From NCBI GenBank assembly GCA_016844925.1, contig JAERTI010000035.1, positions 4,949 through 68,948 on the forward strand: a stretch of 64,000 nucleotides of DNA, given 5' to 3'. The position numbers and the translations under genes were made by a program. This DNA comes from Candidatus Uhrbacteria bacterium (GTDB lineage: Bacteria; Patescibacteriota; Patescibacteriia; UBA9934; GWF2-40-263). The notes beneath the pieces are model-generated. The model ran no database searches, was not told the origin of the DNA, and was given only the letters and a program-made list of their open reading frames with translations. This document shows, one piece after another, positions 60,258-64,000 of the stretch. Numbering within the stretch: position 1 is the stretch's first letter; every line of letters begins with the position of its first letter.

Positions 60258-61786
60258 ACAATGGCTCTTTTCCCTCTACTTGCAAGAACGTAAAGCAACC
60301 CCGCATAGAGCCAGAGATAGTAGGCCGAGGTTCGAATCTCAAAAACGGTCGAAGTAAATGCGTTAAATGCCACGCCGAGCATCATGGCGCAAACACCAAG
60401 AGCAAAGGCCTGAGTCATTGGATCTTTATGCTCTCTCGCCACGCGTAGTGCGTACAAAAATATCCCTCCATAGAGCCAGATAAACAATCCAAGGCCTAAC
60501 GTGCCAGCCTCCCCCCAAAGAGAAAACCAATTGTTATCAATAAACCCTTCTGTTCCAAACACACCGTACGGCAACCCAAGATCCTCGTAGACACTTGTGT
60601 TGTGCAAGGCCGCAACAGCCCCTCCGCCAAACTGACCTGGACCAAACCCCAAAATCGGCGAAGCTGTGACAACATCTTTAGGGGTGTGGACATACCAAAA
60701 AACACGCCCTAAACCGTAATACTCCCCTCTCCATCGAGCATAGCTAAAACTTTCGTAGAAACGTTCAGAGAGCGACTGACCAGGCGCCTCGGTGATGAGC
60801 GAAACATTAAGCCCGCTCGCCCCAAGCGCCACAACAAGAAAGACGACGAACGCGGAAATACCTGCCAGGACACGTCGATCTTTCTTTACATACAATCCAA
60901 TGAACAAAAAACCAATAAGGAATGCAAACCATGATGAGCGTGAAAACGTCAAAACAAGCGTTGGAAGAGCTGCAACAAACACAAAAATAAGCCACGAGTA
61001 CTTCTTTTGAACACGTTTTGTAAAGAGCATGCCTGCTGTCAGGAGAAGGAACAAATAAAGGAAGTTCCCAAGGCGATCATAGCGCCCAAGGGTGGAAAAT
61101 ACGCGTGATCCTGGGTCCCAAAACTGCTCTACACCGCCAGTGAGTGTTATCGCTCCTAATGTTTTTGATTCAGATGGCAAGAGAAGGTTATCTAGCGGCT
61201 CACCGATAATAGACTGAGCAATTCCCAGCGTGGCCTGAAAAACAACAACGGCCAGCATGATCCAAGTAAGTTGCAAGATGAACTTCTTTGACGGCGCTAG
61301 CTGTACAACGAGAAAGAAGACGAGAACAAAACGAAGGATCTGACGTAGTCCAAGTATGGCCACCGTAGGCTCAACTAAATTCACGAGTGCACTAGCGAGC
61401 AGCGAAAGAACAAACAATGCTGCGGGAAGATCAAAACGCGTTGATCGCCACGGACGCTTACCCGAGAGCACCCCCCAGAGAACAACAGCAGCCACAAGGT
61501 AAATCAATGTCTCAGGAAAATAGCGCGCAAAAACGTAGACTTCATCTGGGGTGAATTTTAAAATGATTGATTCAAATGGTAGATAGACTGCCAAAACCCC
61601 AAGGGTCCACTCTGGATGCACAATCGTTAGAGCAAGAATCACTAACACAATGACTCCAGCAATCACAAGAGCTGGAGAAAAAATCGACTGCAAAACAATT
61701 AATAACGTCAGCAATCCAAAAAGCGCCACCGCCACGGCTGCCGTGTGCTCCTCAGCGCGCCTATACACCCTCCGTAAGTTGATCAT
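60254..61786 (-). CDS. O-antigen ligase/Wzy_C-like membrane protein
   Basis: RVFSTL, LTFSRSSW, PILGFGPGQF, DNNWF..EAGTLG. Confidence 0.85.
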   Translation of the reverse strand: MINLRRVYRRAEEHTAAVAVALFGLLTLLIVLQSIFSPALVIAGVIVLVILALTIVHPEWTLGVLAVYLPFESIILKFTPDEVYVFARYFPETLIYLVAAVVLWGVLSGKRPWRSTRFDLPAALFVLSLLASALVNLVEPTVAILGLRQILRFVLVFFLVVQLAPSKKFILQLTWIMLAVVVFQATLGIAQSIIGEPLDNLLLPSESKTLGAITLTGGVEQFWDPGSRVFSTLGRYDRLGNFLYLFLLLTAGMLFTKRVQKKYSWLIFVFVAALPTLVLTFSRSSWFAFLIGFLFIGLYVKKDRRVLAGISAFVVFLVVALGASGLNVSLITEAPGQSLSERFYESFSYARWRGEYYGLGRVFWYVHTPKDVVTASPILGFGPGQFGGGAVAALHNTSVYEDLGLPYGVFGTEGFIDNNWFSLWGEAGTLGLGLFIWLYGGIFLYALRVAREHKDPMTQAFALGVCAMMLGVAFNAFTSTVFEIRTSAYYLWLYAGLLYVLASRGKRAIV

Positions 61787-61840
61787 ACGTACAGTTTATC
61801 ACGGTGAAGCAGCAAGCTCGAACAAAAATGTGGGCAAAAT

Positions 61841-61888
61841 AAAAAGCGACTACCACAGGGGGTAGTCGCATCCAGCGTCATGCTGGAT
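61841..61888 (-). terminator. Hairpin followed by terminator, after unit 7
   Basis: atccagc-atgac-gctggat, then gcgactacc-ccctgt-ggtagtcgc-ttttt. Confidence 0.8.
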
Positions 61889-61896
61889 CGTTGCCG

Positions 61897-64000
61897 CTAG
61901 GGGCAGTCGACGATGTCGTCGTTGTCGACGTCACCGTCGCAGTCGTTGTCGATGCCGTCGCTGCAGGCGAGGGACTCGTCACCGGCCGGGCTGGCCAGGG
62001 ACTCGTCGTCGTCGCAGTCGCCATCAAGCGGCGTGTAGGTGTCGCCGTCGTCGTCCGCGACGCAGTCGCTGTCGCCCGCGTCGACATCGTCGATGTCGTT
62101 GTCGCAGTCGTTGTCGATCCCGTCGGTGCAGAGCTCGTAGGAGATCTCGTACATCTCGGGGTTGACGTACTCGTCGGAGTCGTCGCAGTCCCCGCCCGAG
62201 GCCGAGTAGCCCGTGGGCTCCTCGCACTGGATCAGGGTCGCGGCGCTGTCGTCGCCGTAGCCGTCGCCGTCCACGTCGTCGTACCACTCGGTGGCCGTCG
62301 AGGTGTCCAGGTCGCCGTCGTCGTCGTCGATCAGACCGTCGCAGTCGTTGTCGACGCTGTCGCACTCCTCGGTGGCCGAGGTGTTGATGGCGCTGTCGCC
62401 GTCATCGCAGTCGTCGCTGTTGCTGGCGTAGCCGCTGGGCACGCTGCAGTCTTCGGTGCTGGAGGCGGGGTCGCCCTCGCCGTCACCGTCGACGTCCTCG
62501 TAGAAGGTCGTGGTGACCCCCTCGTCGGTGCTGCCGTCGCAGTCGTTGTCGACGCTGTCGCACACCTCGGTGGCCGAGGTGTTGATCGTGCTGTCGGAGT
62601 CGTCGCAGTCCAGGAAGTTGACCACGTAGCCGCTGGGCTGGCTGCACTCGTCGGTGGAGTTCGAGCTGTCGCCCTCGCCGTCACCGTCGGTGTCCGCGTA
62701 GTAGGTGGTCTCGACCCCCTCGTCCACGGTGCCGTCGCAGTCGTTGTCCTGCGTGTCGCAGTACTCGGTGGCGCCCGGGTAGGTGCCGGCGTCGTTGTCG
62801 TCGCAGTCGGTGCTGTCGCTGACGTACCCGCTGGGGGCGCTGCAGGCGTCGTCCGTGCTGCTGGCGTCGCCGTAGCTGTCGCCGTCACCGTCGGCGTAGA
62901 AGGTCGTCTCGACCCCCTCGTCCACGGTGCCGTCGCAGTCGTTGTCGATCTCGTCGCAGGTCTCCGTGGCGCTGGTGTTCACGGCGCTGTCGCCGTCGTC
63001 GCAGTCGCTGGAGTCCGAGACGTAGCCGCTGGGCTGGCTGCAGGACATGGTCGAACTCGAGCTGTCGCCCTCGCCGTCGCCGTCCTGGTCGATGTAGAAC
63101 GTCGAACCCGTGGAGGTGTCCACGGAGGTGTCGTCGTCGTCGATGTCGCCATCGCAGTCGTTGTCGACGCTGTCGCACACCTCGGTGGCCGAGGTGTTGA
63201 TGGCGCTGTCGCCATCGTCGCAGTCGTCGGCGTTGCTGACGTAGCCGCTGGGCTGGCTGCAGGCGTCGTCGGTGGAGCTGCTGTCGCCCTCGCCGTCGCC
63301 GTCGGTGTCCGCGTAGTAGGTGATCTCGACCCCCTCGTCCACGGTGCCGTCGCAGTTGTTGTCGATCAGGTCGCACACCTCGGTCTCACCGGGGTTGGCG
63401 GCCGCCTCGGCGTCGTCGCAGTCGCTGGAGTTCGCCACGTACCCGCTGGGGGCGCTGCAGGCGTCGTCCGTGTTGCTCAGGTCGCCGTAGCCGTCGCCGT
63501 CGCCGTCCGCGTAGTAGGTGGTCTCGACCCCCTCGTCCACGGTGCCGTCGCAGTTGTCGTCGGTCTCGTTGCAGACCTCCGCGGCGCTCGGGTTGACCGA
63601 GGAGTCGGTGTCGTCGCAGTCACCGTCGATGGCCACGTACCCGCTGGGGGCGCTGCAGCTCACGTAGGTGTCCGAGGTCTCACCGTAGCTGTCGCCGTCG
63701 GTGTCGCCGTACCAGGTGGACGCGTCCGAGGACGTGTCCGGGTCGACGGTGCCGTCGCAGTCGTTGTCCGCGCCGTCGCAGACCTCCGTACCACCGGGGT
63801 AGCTGGAGGCGTCCGCGTCGTCGCAGTCGCTGTTGTCGTCCACGTAGCCGCTGGGGGCGTCGCAGGCGGGCACGGCCGTGCCGGAGCTGTCGCCGAAGGT
63901 GTCGCCGTCGCTGTCGACGTACCAGTCGGTGGCGTCCGCGGAGGTCGACGGATCGATGTTGCCATCGCAGTCGTTGTCCACGTCGTCACAGACCTCGGAG
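61897..64000 (-). CDS. Very GC-rich acidic repeat protein with putative metal-binding (MopE-related, DCDD..DNDCDG) motifs; 5' end outside the window (unit 7)
   Basis: About 11 DNxCDG repeats alternating with YxDxDGDGxG..C..PSGYV. Confidence 0.88.
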   Translation of the reverse strand, partial: SEVCDDVDNDCDGNIDPSTSADATDWYVDSDGDTFGDSSGTAVPACDAPSGYVDDNSDCDDADASSYPGGTEVCDGADNDCDGTVDPDTSSDASTWYGDTDGDSYGETSDTYVSCSAPSGYVAIDGDCDDTDSSVNPSAAEVCNETDDNCDGTVDEGVETTYYADGDGDGYGDLSNTDDACSAPSGYVANSSDCDDAEAAANPGETEVCDLIDNNCDGTVDEGVEITYYADTDGDGEGDSSSTDDACSQPSGYVSNADDCDDGDSAINTSATEVCDSVDNDCDGDIDDDDTSVDTSTGSTFYIDQDGDGEGDSSSSTMSCSQPSGYVSDSSDCDDGDSAVNTSATETCDEIDNDCDGTVDEGVETTFYADGDGDSYGDASSTDDACSAPSGYVSDSTDCDDNDAGTYPGATEYCDTQDNDCDGTVDEGVETTYYADTDGDGEGDSSNSTDECSQPSGYVVNFLDCDDSDSTINTSATEVCDSVDNDCDGSTDEGVTTTFYEDVDGDGEGDPASSTEDCSVPSGYASNSDDCDDGDSAINTSATEECDSVDNDCDGLIDDDDGDLDTSTATEWYDDVDGDGYGDDSAATLIQCEEPTGYSASGGDCDDSDEYVNPEMYEISYELCTDGIDNDCDNDIDDVDAGDSDCVADDDGDTYTPLDGDCDDDESLASPAGDESLACSDGIDNDCDGDVDNDDIVDCP
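62200..64000 (-). repeat. Coding tandem repeats of about 155-180 bp
   Basis: Recurrent gtcgcagtcgttgtc and gacccc ctcgtccacggtgccgtcgcag units. Confidence 0.8.

Noticed and set aside
62024-63989. Arg-rich and Thr-rich alternative-frame ORFs, and the many antisense ORFs across the window
   Set aside because: Shadow frames of GC-rich or repetitive real genes, with no motifs or expression signals.
1-64000. Alternative genetic code (TGA read as Gly, as in Gracilibacteria)
   Set aside because: Conserved genes are full length under code 11 and several end at TGA with ATGA coupling.

Overview
Gene-dense 64-kb bacterial chromosomal segment, mostly minus strand, standard code 11. Gene content points to a Patescibacteria/CPR genome, probably ABY1 (Uhrbacteria/Magasanikbacteria-like); this is an inference. 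Left part: housekeeping genes, including class II ribonucleotide reductase (with a sigma70 promoter, two NrdR boxes and a DnaA box), an RNase H-like exonuclease, an LpdA-like oxidoreductase, LOG, rpmB, hflX, HU, riboflavin kinase and ctpA. Middle and right: a large cell-surface/glycan region with rmlA, rmlB, a plant/giant-virus-type epimerase-reductase, several glycosyltransferases, UXS, an O-antigen-ligase-like protein, two S8 proteases with FG-GAP repeats, and a 1232-aa S-layer-like protein behind an ECF sigma/anti-sigma pair and a long structured leader. The most striking pattern is two expression grammars side by side. Core transcription units often start 6-11 nt behind a -10 box (frequently extended TGnTAnnnT) with no room for a Shine-Dalgarno, i.e. 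leaderless or near-leaderless. Seven GC-rich minus-strand genes sit between core genes as self-contained units. The six complete ones have a TTGACN-N17-(-10) promoter and a strong SD, and all seven end in a hairpin plus terminator. Two of these units share a conserved, covarying ~88-nt 3' element. The second of that pair also shares a terminator-fused -35 module with the ABC-transporter unit 12 kb away. No tRNA, rRNA, CRISPR array, integrase or transposase was recognised.
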